Below, piece by piece: positions 30,445 to 39,596 of a DNA stretch of 64,000 nucleotides. The notes below the pieces were generated by a model that was not told the origin of the DNA, did not search any database, and was given only the letters and a program-made list of their open reading frames with translations. The position numbers were made by a program, and so were the translations under genes. Where the stretch lies: positions 554,793 to 618,792 of the forward strand of contig CAWEYY010000002.1 in the NCBI GenBank assembly GCA_963813435.1, in the 5' to 3' direction. Every line of letters starts with the position of its first letter. Position 1 is the first letter of the stretch. Source of the stretch: an uncultured Actinomycetes bacterium. GTDB lineage: Bacteria; Actinomycetota; Thermoleophilia; Gaiellales; Gaiellaceae.

Positions 30445-30456
30445 GACGATGCGGCG

Positions 30457-31545
30457 ATGAAGGCGGGCGACTCTCTCCGGCGTCCCGAATGGGCTCGGGG
30501 GCTCTCGTGGGTGGAAATCGCCTGGCTCCTCTTCACCGGAGCGAACCTGACCGCGATGCTGCTCCTCCCGAGCTGGGAGACGATCCCGTTCCACTTCATC
30601 TGGATCAGCCTCACGATCGTCTACGGCTTCCGCGTGTGGGACTCGACGGCGACGGGCGTCGTGCTCGCTCTCGTCGCGGTTACGACGGGGGGCCTGATCC
30701 TCAGCGACGCGTACACGGGCGAACAGCTCTGGGGCGAGCTGTTCGAGGTCCCCTTGATGTCGGCGATGTTCCTGGCAATGGTCTGGCACGCGCGCCGCCG
30801 CCAGGACGCGCTGCGCACGATCGAGCGAGAGGCCGACGAGCGCGCCGCGCTTCTGCGCCAGCAGAAGCGTTTCTTGCACGACGTCTCGCACGAGCTGCGG
30901 ACACCGGTCACGATCGCCCGCGGGCACCTCGAGGTGCTCCGGCGGCTGAACGGAAAGCCGGCCCAGGAGATCGAGGTCGCGCTCGACGAGCTCGGCCGGA
31001 TCGAGCACATCCTCGAGCGGCTGCTGCTGCTCGGGAGGTCGAAGCAGCCCGACTTCGTCGTGCTCTCCGACGTGGACGTGGGACCCTTTCTCGAGGATGT
31101 GTTCATGCGTTGGTCCGAGGTGGTTCCGCGCGGATGGACGCTCGGCCCTGTCGTGCAGGGCACACTCCGCGCCGATCCCGAGGCTCTCCGGATCGCTCTT
31201 GACGCACTGCTCGAGAACGCGGTCAAGCACACCGAGCCGGCCGACGCGATCAGGCTCGGCGCCCGCGCGGCCGGCGGACAGCTCGCGATCGAGGTCGCGG
31301 ACGAGGGCCCCGGGGTACCGCACGACCAGCTCGGGCGGATCTTCGACCGCTTCGCCCGGGCCGACTCCGCACGCTCACGGGACCAGGGAGGTGCCGGGCT
31401 CGGGCTCGCGATCGTCGATGCGATCACGAAGGCCCACGACGGGACCTGCTCCGCGGTGAACTCGGCCTCCGGCGCGATCTTCACACTGCGCTTCCCGGCC
31501 TTCACGCCAGCCCGTGGGCAGGTGCCCGCGCTCTCTGCTTCCTAA
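30457..31545 (+). CDS. sensor histidine kinase
   Basis: 362 aa. N-terminal TM helices, H-box VSHELRTPVT, and DEGPGV / GAGLGLAIV boxes. Confidence 0.85.
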   Translation: MKAGDSLRRPEWARGLSWVEIAWLLFTGANLTAMLLLPSWETIPFHFIWISLTIVYGFRVWDSTATGVVLALVAVTTGGLILSDAYTGEQLWGELFEVPLMSAMFLAMVWHARRRQDALRTIEREADERAALLRQQKRFLHDVSHELRTPVTIARGHLEVLRRLNGKPAQEIEVALDELGRIEHILERLLLLGRSKQPDFVVLSDVDVGPFLEDVFMRWSEVVPRGWTLGPVVQGTLRADPEALRIALDALLENAVKHTEPADAIRLGARAAGGQLAIEVADEGPGVPHDQLGRIFDRFARADSARSRDQGGAGLGLAIVDAITKAHDGTCSAVNSASGAIFTLRFPAFTPARGQVPALSAS

Positions 31546-31609
31546 GCGACGAGGACTCCCTCGACCTAGCTACGCAGTCGCCTCGGCGTGAGGCCGATAG
31601 GCCTGAGGA

Positions 31610-33643
31610 ATGCGGCGATTCACCTCATTTGCGTGCGCGTGTGGGCAGGCGCGACATCGGCTTCTTCGCCGCCTTGGCGAGGAACGCGGCATCGCTCTGG
31701 CGATGGCTCTGGGGATCATGAGCGTCCTGCTGATCTCCGGCTCGACGATCGTCTACTTCTCGAGCGCGAACGCCCGCACGGCCTCCCGCAGCAGCTCCGA
31801 CCAGAAGGCCTACGCGCTCGCCGAGGCCGGCATGAACAACGCGCTCTCCGTCCTCGAGAACGCGCTCGACCCGCGCACGAGCACGCTTCTCCCCCAGACA
31901 ACGGTCAACTTCGAGGGCGGCTCGGCCACGTATTCCGGCACCATCGATGCGAACTACCTCTGGTCGATCACCTCGATCGGCTCCGTGCGCAGCCCGACCG
32001 GCGCGCTGAGCAACGTGCGAAGGACGCTCAAGCGGACCGTCCAGGTGCTCGGCCTCAATCAGAGTGCAACCGGCATCGCCTGGAGCCGCTTCTACCAGGA
32101 CAGCACGGCCTCGTGCCTCACAATCGACGGCGTCAACTGGCCCGCGCCGGTCTCGACGCGCGGCGACCTCTGTCTCGAGAACGGGGCCACGATCACGGGC
32201 TCGACCACGACCGTCGACACCGGCGGGAGCGTCATCATCGAGGGCCCCGACACGACGCCGGCGGCGCGCGTTCCGACCGCAGCGTCCGGCTGGACGAACT
32301 CGACGAACGTCTTCACGAGCAACAGCGTCTACGCGACCAACGCGATCTCGGCCAACTCGAACGGCGCCACGCTCTCGGCGACCGGGTTCGGCTTCTCGGT
32401 CCCGTCGAGCGCGATCATCCGCGGCATCCAGGTCAGCGTGATTCGCAAGGCAACCGCGGCGAACTCGATCCAGGATGCGACCGTCCAGCTCCAGAAGGCG
32501 GGCACCGCGGTCGGGTCGAACAGGGCGATCGCCGGGACCTGGACCACCTCCAACGTCACGCAGAACTATGGGACGACGTCCGATCTCTGGGGCACGACCT
32601 GGACCGCGTCCGACATCAACAACGCGAACTTCGGCCTCAAGTTCACCGCGAAGGCCGGCGCGACCGCGACCACAGCGAATGTCGACTACATCGCGATCAC
32701 GGTGACGTACTCGAACGACACGAGCGCGATCGGCACCTCCGGGTCGCCCATCGCCGAGGTCAACGTCAACGGGACGTGCAAGTACAACGCCAACGCGGCC
32801 CACACGCCGTGCTCCAGCGCCGACAAGGTGTACGCGTCGAACATCTCCTCAGTGGCCAAGAACCTGAGCTTCCCCTCGATCGACTTCACCTACTGGTGGG
32901 CGCATGCGAAGCCCGGCCCGAAGTATCCCTGCACGACCTCGACCGGAACTCCTCCCACCTTCGACAACGACGCGGGCACGACCAGCGCGCCGAACAACAG
33001 CATCCCGGTCAACGGCGAGATGGCCCCGCTCAACGCCGATTACACCTGCAAGGTGATCGAGAACGGTATCCGCGTGGGCGAGCTCTCCTGGAACCACACG
33101 ACCCACGACATGACCATCTACGGCACCGTCTTCGTCGACGGGAACTTCCGTTTCGACAACGACGGCCAGGTCGTCCACTACCACGGCCGCGGGGACATCT
33201 TCGCGGGCGGCGCCGCCGAGATCGACGCGCTCGTCTGCGCTGGCGGCTCTGGGACCACCCTCGCCACGAGCTGTTACGCGGATATGAGCAACTGGGACCC
33301 GTCCCAGGACATGCTCGTCCTCCTGTCGATGTACACCGGCCAGGCCGAGTACGACCAGGGTGGCTCGACGTGCACCCCGACCGGGACGACCTCCTGTCCC
33401 AACGGGTACTACGCCTCGGGCTTCCAGGGAGTCCTCTACTCGAGGGGCGACTGCCTGATCCACCAGATGTTCCGCGACAGCGGGCCGGTGATCTGCAACT
33501 CGATCACGCTGCCCAACGAGTCGAACGGAAACCCGACGTACTACTCGTATCCGCAGCTGAGCAACCTCACGGGCGGGCAGAAGTACACGAATCCGGCCGG
33601 CGCGTCGTCGTTCGTGCTCCAAATCAACCCGATGACGGGTTAG
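31610..33643 (+). CDS. large Ser/Thr/Asn/Gly-rich surface protein with a PilX_N-like N-terminal anchor
   Basis: 677 aa. N-terminus ERGIALAMALGIMSVLLISGSTIVYFSS...QKAYALAEAGMNNAL resembles the PilX N-terminal domain. The rest has no recognisable catalytic motif. Confidence 0.65.
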   Translation: MRRFTSFACACGQARHRLLRRLGEERGIALAMALGIMSVLLISGSTIVYFSSANARTASRSSSDQKAYALAEAGMNNALSVLENALDPRTSTLLPQTTVNFEGGSATYSGTIDANYLWSITSIGSVRSPTGALSNVRRTLKRTVQVLGLNQSATGIAWSRFYQDSTASCLTIDGVNWPAPVSTRGDLCLENGATITGSTTTVDTGGSVIIEGPDTTPAARVPTAASGWTNSTNVFTSNSVYATNAISANSNGATLSATGFGFSVPSSAIIRGIQVSVIRKATAANSIQDATVQLQKAGTAVGSNRAIAGTWTTSNVTQNYGTTSDLWGTTWTASDINNANFGLKFTAKAGATATTANVDYIAITVTYSNDTSAIGTSGSPIAEVNVNGTCKYNANAAHTPCSSADKVYASNISSVAKNLSFPSIDFTYWWAHAKPGPKYPCTTSTGTPPTFDNDAGTTSAPNNSIPVNGEMAPLNADYTCKVIENGIRVGELSWNHTTHDMTIYGTVFVDGNFRFDNDGQVVHYHGRGDIFAGGAAEIDALVCAGGSGTTLATSCYADMSNWDPSQDMLVLLSMYTGQAEYDQGGSTCTPTGTTSCPNGYYASGFQGVLYSRGDCLIHQMFRDSGPVICNSITLPNESNGNPTYYSYPQLSNLTGGQKYTNPAGASSFVLQINPMTG

Positions 33644-33703
33644 CCGCTAGCGTGTAGGTCGCCGGCAGGCCTTGCCGGTCGGCCGTCGAAGCGGGGTGGG
33701 TTC

Positions 33704-34447
33704 GTGAGCGCCGGAGTGATCGCCGTCACCTTCGCGGCCCTCGCGACGGCCCTGGCGACCGGGCTCGGCGCGGTGCCCTTCGTATTCGTCCGCGACATGA
33801 GCCGTCGCTGGCTCGGTGTGTCGAACGCGATCGCGGCGGGGATCATGCTCTCCGCCAGCGGCGCGCTGATCGTCGAGGGACTGATCCGGGGAATCCTCCG
33901 TGTCCTGGTGGGCGCTGCGATCGGCGCCGCGTTCATTGCCGTCACTCACCGTGTCCTCGAGGGCCGCGACGACCTTCGCTTCGGCAACCTCACGGCGGGC
34001 GACGCGAAGAAGGCGATCCTGATCGTGACCGTGATGACGCTGCACTCGTTCGCCGAGGGGGTCGGCGTGGGCGTTTCCTACGGCGGCGGGGTCGAGCTCG
34101 GGATCGTGATCACGATCGCGATCGCGATCCACAACATCCCGGAGGGCCTCGCGATCAGCCTCGTGCTCGTGCCCCGGGGAACGACCGTCCTCTCGGCCGC
34201 GGGGTGGAGTGTCTTCTCCAGCCTTCCTCAGCCCCTGGTCGCCCCATTCGCCTACATGTTCGTGGAGGCGTTTCGGCCCTTCCTGCCCGTCGGCCTGGGC
34301 TTTGCCGGCGGGGCGATGGTCTGGCTCGTGCTCGCCGAGCTGCTCCCCGACGCACGGGCCGAGCTCGACACGCGCTCCCTCGTCCTGTGGCTGGGCGGCT
34401 CGCTCGTGCTCATGTCTGCGCTGCAGGCGATCTTGCTCGGCTACTGA
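33704..34447 (+). CDS. ZIP-family divalent metal transporter (ZupT-like)
   Basis: 247 aa. Motifs HSFAEGVGVG and HNIPEGLA. Confidence 0.85.
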   Translation: MSAGVIAVTFAALATALATGLGAVPFVFVRDMSRRWLGVSNAIAAGIMLSASGALIVEGLIRGILRVLVGAAIGAAFIAVTHRVLEGRDDLRFGNLTAGDAKKAILIVTVMTLHSFAEGVGVGVSYGGGVELGIVITIAIAIHNIPEGLAISLVLVPRGTTVLSAAGWSVFSSLPQPLVAPFAYMFVEAFRPFLPVGLGFAGGAMVWLVLAELLPDARAELDTRSLVLWLGGSLVLMSALQAILLGY

Positions 34448-34453
34448 ACCGTC

Positions 34454-37282
34454 TTACGGGGAAGCACCGATTCGCCGGCGGTGCCAGCGGCGGAGTTCGT
34501 CGGTACCCCAGACGATCACTGGAAACACGGCCAGCAGGAGCAGATCGGTCGCCGGGAGCGGCCTCGTCCCGAAGACGGCCTGGAATGCCGGCACGTAGAG
34601 GAGCGCCGCCGTGAACACCAGCTCGAACGCGATCCCCCACAGCAGCGCGCGGTTCGACCAGACGCCGACCGAGCGAAGCGAAGCCTTCGACGTGCGCGCC
34701 GCGAATGCGGTCCCCACCTGGCAGGCGACGATCCCGGCGAAGGTCATCGTCGTCGCCTGGAGGTAGACGTGGTGCAGCGAGCTGCCGACGGCCACCGAAT
34801 CACCCGGCGACCAGCCGGCGCGGAGGAGGACGAAGAAGAAGCCGCCCATCACGAGCCCGGCCGAGATCCCGCCCATGAAGCCCCAGGCACGGACGAGCAG
34901 CTCCCGGCTGATCACTCCTTCGCGCGGGCTGCGCGGCGGCCGCTCCATCAGGCCGGGCTCCGCCGGCTCCTGGCCCAGGGCAAGCGCGGGCAGGGTCTCG
35001 GTGCCCAGGTCGATCGCCAGGATCTGGAGAACGGTCAGCGGCAACGGCACGGCGCCGCCCGAGAGCGCAAAGACGAGGAACGGTACGACCTCGGGAGTGG
35101 CGTGGGCGAAGATGTAGAGGATGAACTTGCGGACGTTGTCGTAGACGCGGCGTCCAGCCTGCACCGCGACCACGATCGTGGCGAAGTTATCGTCGGTCAA
35201 CACCAAAGTCGCCGCCTGGCGCGCGACCTCCGTCCCGCTCTGTCCCATCGCGACGCCGATGTCGGCGCGACGGAGCGCGGGCGCGTCGTTCACCCCGTCG
35301 CCGGTCATCGCCACGACCTCGCCCTCGTCGCGCAGCGCGTCCGCGATCCGGAGCTTCGCTTCGGGTGAGCTGCGCGCGAACACGAGCGCGGGCTCGGTGC
35401 GGAGCAGCTCGCCGAGAGCCGCGTCGCTCAGACGGTCGAGCTCCCGGCCCGTGACCAGCCGGACGCCGTCGCCGACGATCCCGACCCTCCGGGCGATCGC
35501 GACTGCGGTCGGGCCTGCGTCGCCCGTGATCACAACGACGCGAATGCCCGCGCCGTAGCAGCGCGCGACGGCCTCGGCCACCTCGGGGCGCGGCGGGTCG
35601 AAGAGGGCGACGAGCCCGAGGAAGACGAGGTTGCGCTCGACGTCCTCGCGCTCCTCCGGGAGCGGAGTGCCGGCGGGCAGACGCGCCGTGGCCGCCGCGA
35701 GGATCCGCAACCCCTCCCCCGCCCAGCGCTCGCTGCGATCGAGGATCGACTTCCGCTCGTCGGCGGAGAGCGGCCGCTCCGCTCCGTCGGTGCCGAGAAT
35801 CAGCTCGCAACGATCGAGCGCCTCCTCCGGCGCTCCTTTCACGTGGACGTACAGGCCGTCAGGCCGCTCGTCGATCGTGGACATCAGCCTCCGCTCCGCA
35901 TCGAAGTGGAACTCCTTCTTTCGCCCGGACTCGCGCGTTGCGAGCGTGACGTCGGCTCCGAGGAGCGCTGCGGCCCTGAGCAGCGCAAGCTCGGTCGGAT
36001 CGCCCGCATCGGGACCGAGCTCCGCGTTGTTGCACGCCGCGAGCGCCTGCGCGAGCCTCTCTAGCGGAGCCGGGACACGTGAGGGTGCGGCTGAGGCATC
36101 GCTTGCGATGCCGGCATCAGGACGCGCGGGCTCTGCCTGTGCGTCCGTCTGAAATGACCGGTCGAAACGAGCGAGCTCATCCGAAGCCGCCACTGAGAAC
36201 TCGCCGGCATCCGTCCAGACCGCTGTCGCCTGCATGCGGTTCTCGGTCAGCGTCCCCGTCTTGTCCGTGCAGATGACCGTCGTCGAGCCGAGCGTCTCGA
36301 CCGCGCTCAGCCGCTTGACGAGGGCTCCCGAGCGCGCAAGCGCGCGGACGCCGACCGCCAGCGCAAGGGTGATCGTGGGCAGCAAGCCCTCCGGCACGTT
36401 GGCGACGATGAGGCCGATCGCGAACGTGAGCGCGTCGGCTGGAGGAAGCCCGGCGACGAGCGCCCCGAGCGGGAAGAAGACGAAGCCGGCCGCAACGGAG
36501 ACACCAGCGATCAGCCAGGCCACCCGCTTGACCTGAACCTCGAGGGGACTCTCCTCGCGTCGGACCCGCTGCGAGAGCGCCGCGATCCTCCCGAGCTCCG
36601 TGCGCATCCCGGTCGCGACCACAACGGCCCGCGCCTCCCCGCCGATGCAGGCGCTGCCGCTGAAGACGAGGTCGCGCGCCTCCAGGGGCGGAGCCTGCGC
36701 GTCGACGAACTCCGCCGAGCGCGAGACCGGGACCGACTCGCCTGTCAGCGTGGAGACATCGACCTCGATCGCGCCCTCGAGCAGCCGTGCGTCGGCCGAG
36801 ATGCGGTCGCCCTCGGCAAGCAGAAGGATGTCGCCAGGCACGAGCAGTCGCGCCTCGATCACGGTGCGCCCGCCGTCGCGGAGGACGCTCGCGTGCGGCG
36901 GCAGGTAGCTCTCGAGCGCCTCCACGGCGCGCTCGGCCTGACGCTCCTGCAGGAAGGCAAACGCCGCGTTCAGGAGGATGACGCCGACGATCGCAGCCGC
37001 CAGCACGGCCGTGCCTGCAACCAGGGCCAGCAGGGCCGCGACCCAGAGGAGGAGCGCGAGTGGATGCGTCAGCTGGCGGGCCACCTCGCCGGGCCACCGC
37101 CGGCCGGAGGGACGGGCTAGCTGGTTGGAACCCTCGGTGAGCAGTCGCCGCTCGGCCTCGCGGCTCGACAGGCCCTCGGGGGTCGTCCGGAGATGTCGCA
37201 GCAGCAGGTCGGCAGGCTCGTGCAGCTCGAGGGTGGGGTCTCCGGAGTCGACTGCGGCACGGCCGTTCGTCTGTTGAGCCAT
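34454..37282 (-). CDS. P2-type cation-transporting ATPase (CtpF/Ca-ATPase-like)
   Basis: Motifs [15 protein letters not shown] and [11 protein letters not shown], with 10 TM helices. Start set at MAQQTNG; the track ORF extends to 37351. Confidence 0.9.
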   Translation of the reverse strand: MAQQTNGRAAVDSGDPTLELHEPADLLLRHLRTTPEGLSSREAERRLLTEGSNQLARPSGRRWPGEVARQLTHPLALLLWVAALLALVAGTAVLAAAIVGVILLNAAFAFLQERQAERAVEALESYLPPHASVLRDGGRTVIEARLLVPGDILLLAEGDRISADARLLEGAIEVDVSTLTGESVPVSRSAEFVDAQAPPLEARDLVFSGSACIGGEARAVVVATGMRTELGRIAALSQRVRREESPLEVQVKRVAWLIAGVSVAAGFVFFPLGALVAGLPPADALTFAIGLIVANVPEGLLPTITLALAVGVRALARSGALVKRLSAVETLGSTTVICTDKTGTLTENRMQATAVWTDAGEFSVAASDELARFDRSFQTDAQAEPARPDAGIASDASAAPSRVPAPLERLAQALAACNNAELGPDAGDPTELALLRAAALLGADVTLATRESGRKKEFHFDAERRLMSTIDERPDGLYVHVKGAPEEALDRCELILGTDGAERPLSADERKSILDRSERWAGEGLRILAAATARLPAGTPLPEEREDVERNLVFLGLVALFDPPRPEVAEAVARCYGAGIRVVVITGDAGPTAVAIARRVGIVGDGVRLVTGRELDRLSDAALGELLRTEPALVFARSSPEAKLRIADALRDEGEVVAMTGDGVNDAPALRRADIGVAMGQSGTEVARQAATLVLTDDNFATIVVAVQAGRRVYDNVRKFILYIFAHATPEVVPFLVFALSGGAVPLPLTVLQILAIDLGTETLPALALGQEPAEPGLMERPPRSPREGVISRELLVRAWGFMGGISAGLVMGGFFFVLLRAGWSPGDSVAVGSSLHHVYLQATTMTFAGIVACQVGTAFAARTSKASLRSVGVWSNRALLWGIAFELVFTAALLYVPAFQAVFGTRPLPATDLLLLAVFPVIVWGTDELRRWHRRRIGASP

Positions 37283-37452
37283 CGCGTCCAGATCGTGTCG
37301 GCGCGGCCCATCCCGTCCATCGGGAGCACCGCGGATCACGGCTGCGCGCAACTACCGAATCCGTAGTTAGCCGAGCCGGGGATCGGCGAGCGGCCCGATG
37401 CCCCGGCCACGACACGCGAGAACGATGGGCGCAACACGACGAGGAGGACCCG

Positions 37453-37905
37453 ATGAAAACAATCGTGATCGCAACCGACGGCTCGCCCTCGGCGCAGGAG
37501 GCAGTCGAGCTCGGGCTCGACCTCGCCGCCGAGCAGAAGGCCGACGCCGTGCTCGTGCACGTCGCCCCCGCGGTCGACCTGCTCCCCACGACCGGCTTCG
37601 GGATGTCTGCGGCGCAGCAGCACGAGCTGACCGACGAGGACCGGCGCTCGCTCGAGGACGCGAAGGCGCTCGCGACGGAACTCGGCGTCGAGGCAACGAC
37701 GGAGCTCCTGGTCGGCAACGCGGTCGACGAGATCGTCGCCTACGCGGACTCGGTCGACGCCGACCTGATCGTCATCGGCTCCCGCGGCCACGGCGCCATC
37801 GCCGGCGCGCTGCTCGGCAGCGTCTCGCTCGGGGTGCTGCACGAGGCGCGGCGGCCGGTGCTGGTCGTCCGCGGTACACAGGTTCGCACGCCGGTCACTA
37901 CGTGA
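37453..37905 (+). CDS. universal stress protein
   Basis: 150 aa with the GSRGHGAIAGALLGSV ATP-binding-type motif. Confidence 0.9.
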   Translation: MKTIVIATDGSPSAQEAVELGLDLAAEQKADAVLVHVAPAVDLLPTTGFGMSAAQQHELTDEDRRSLEDAKALATELGVEATTELLVGNAVDEIVAYADSVDADLIVIGSRGHGAIAGALLGSVSLGVLHEARRPVLVVRGTQVRTPVTT

Positions 37906-38023
37906 AATCCCGCAGAGCGAGCGGGGAATTCCCGCGCGGACGTTCCGCGCCGGCCCGGATGGAGCAGAAGTCCCGCCGAATACACTCCGGCAAGAAGAAC
38001 GGACGCGACGGAAGGAGGAACAG

Positions 38024-38746
38024 ATGCGCAAGGTTTTGGAAATCGGAGGTGTGATCGCGGCGATCGTCCTGATCGCATTCGGCATCGGTGCGATCGTGAT
38101 GGGCTTCAGCGGGCAGTCGACGGTCAACGACAGCCTCAAGCAGGAGCAGATCACCGGCTCGCCCGACATGACCCCGGCGGCCATCGCCGGCGAGGTCAAG
38201 GCGGCGAAGACCGCGCAGTCGCAGCTCGTCTCGAAGCTGCAGGCGGCGGGCGTGAAGATCACGCCGGCGCCGATCGACACGCCGAGCTGCTCGATCGCGG
38301 GCAAGCAGGTCACGAACGGCGACCAGGCTCGCTGCTTCGCGGAGTACATGCGGATCCACACGTTCGGCGCCACCTCGGGCCTGACGTACTCGCAGATGGG
38401 CCGCTCCATCGCGAAGCCCGACACGCCGTTGAAGTTCACGGACGGCCTCGGCGCAACGAGCGACCCGACCTACGCACTGACCGACCCGAAGACCCAGCAG
38501 CCCGTCAGCAACGGACGGCGTGACATCTGGGTCACCTACACCGCACTGACGACCGCGCTCAACTCGAGCTACATGGCGTCACGGCTCTCGGTGTTCGGGA
38601 TCGTCGTCGGCGTGGCACTGCTGCTCGCCGGCATCGGCTTCGGGATCCTCGCGCTCATGGGCGCGCTGGAGAGCCCGGAGATGGCCTTTGGCCACAAGCC
38701 GAAGGAGGCCGCACCCGCGCCCCCGGAGGTCGCGGCCAAGGCCTAG
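38024..38746 (+). CDS. membrane protein with N- and C-terminal TM helices, function unknown
   Basis: 240 aa with GGAGG upstream of the ATG. The central ~170 aa is predicted to be extracytoplasmic. Confidence 0.6.
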   Translation: MRKVLEIGGVIAAIVLIAFGIGAIVMGFSGQSTVNDSLKQEQITGSPDMTPAAIAGEVKAAKTAQSQLVSKLQAAGVKITPAPIDTPSCSIAGKQVTNGDQARCFAEYMRIHTFGATSGLTYSQMGRSIAKPDTPLKFTDGLGATSDPTYALTDPKTQQPVSNGRRDIWVTYTALTTALNSSYMASRLSVFGIVVGVALLLAGIGFGILALMGALESPEMAFGHKPKEAAPAPPEVAAKA

Positions 38747-38766
38747 ACGGAATCCTTCCGTCGCGC

Positions 38767-38828
38767 GGAGGGGCCGCGCCTGCGCGGCCCCTCCATCCCC
38801 AGCAGAAGGCCGCCTCGGGCGGCCTTCT
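38767..38828. terminator. two consecutive perfect GC hairpins between convergent genes
   Basis: GGAGGGGCCGCG-CCTG-CGCGGCCCCTCC (38767-38794) and AGAAGGCCGCC-TCG-GGCGGCCTTCT (38804-38828). Confidence 0.6.
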
Positions 38829-38954
38829 TCGCACATGCGGCGATCTCGGCCGATTGCCGGCTTTCCAAGCGACGGTGTAACCCACTCAAGCCCGGAAGGC
38901 GGTCGCTTGCGACGCCGTTCAAGAGGCCGCGCCGGCTTGGCCGGTGCGGCCGTC

Positions 38955-39596
38955 TTACTTCTCGAGGAGCCCCAGGTCGAGGGCGTAGCGGACGAGCTCG
39001 GCGCGGCTCGAGAGGCGGAGCTTCTGCATGATGTGCGCGCGGTGCGTCTCGGCCGTGCGCACCGAGATGAAGAGCTGCTTGGCGATCTCCTGGTTGGTGT
39101 GCCCAAGCGCGAGGAGGCGCAGCACCTCCCGCTCGCGGTCGGAGAGCGGATCCTCCTCGGCCCGCCTGCGCTCCTCGGTCTCCGCCGCGACGAGCCGCGC
39201 GCCGAGCTCCGGGTGGACGTAGCGCCCGCCTCCCGCGACCTCCACGATCGCGGTCACGAGCTCCGAGTCGGCCGCCTCCTTGAGGACGTAGCCGCTCGCG
39301 CCCGCCGAGAACGCCTCGCGCACGTAGCGCGGGTCGTCCTGCATCGACAGCACGAGCACCTTCAGATCCGGGGTCTCGTGCAGCAACTGGGGGACGACCT
39401 CGAGCCCGCTCTGGTCGGGCATCACGACATCCAGCAGAACGACGTCGGGCTTGAGCGAGCGCGCCTCGAAGACCGCCTCGCGAGCGCTTCCGGCCTCGCC
39501 GACGGCCTCGAGCTCCGGCTCGGCGTCGATCAGGAGCTTGAGCCCGGCGCGGACGACCGCATGGTCGTCGACGATCAGGATCTTCGTCTTGCTCAT
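38955..39596 (-). CDS. NarL/LuxR-family response regulator (DosR/DevR-like)
   Basis: 213 aa. Receiver domain plus the LSDREREVLRLLALGHTNQEIAKQLFISVRTAETHR HTH. Confidence 0.9.
   Translation of the reverse strand: MSKTKILIVDDHAVVRAGLKLLIDAEPELEAVGEAGSAREAVFEARSLKPDVVLLDVVMPDQSGLEVVPQLLHETPDLKVLVLSMQDDPRYVREAFSAGASGYVLKEAADSELVTAIVEVAGGGRYVHPELGARLVAAETEERRRAEEDPLSDREREVLRLLALGHTNQEIAKQLFISVRTAETHRAHIMQKLRLSSRAELVRYALDLGLLEK

Noticed and set aside
37352-37452. A DosR-box-like operator in the ATPase/USP divergent region, and likewise in the hyh/hyp region at 11546-11627.
   Set aside because: - Only generic palindromes were found: AACTAC-N7-GTAGTT and the imperfect CCGGGGATCGG...CCGATGCCCCGG.
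- Nothing resembles the mycobacterial GGGACT..AGTCCC consensus.
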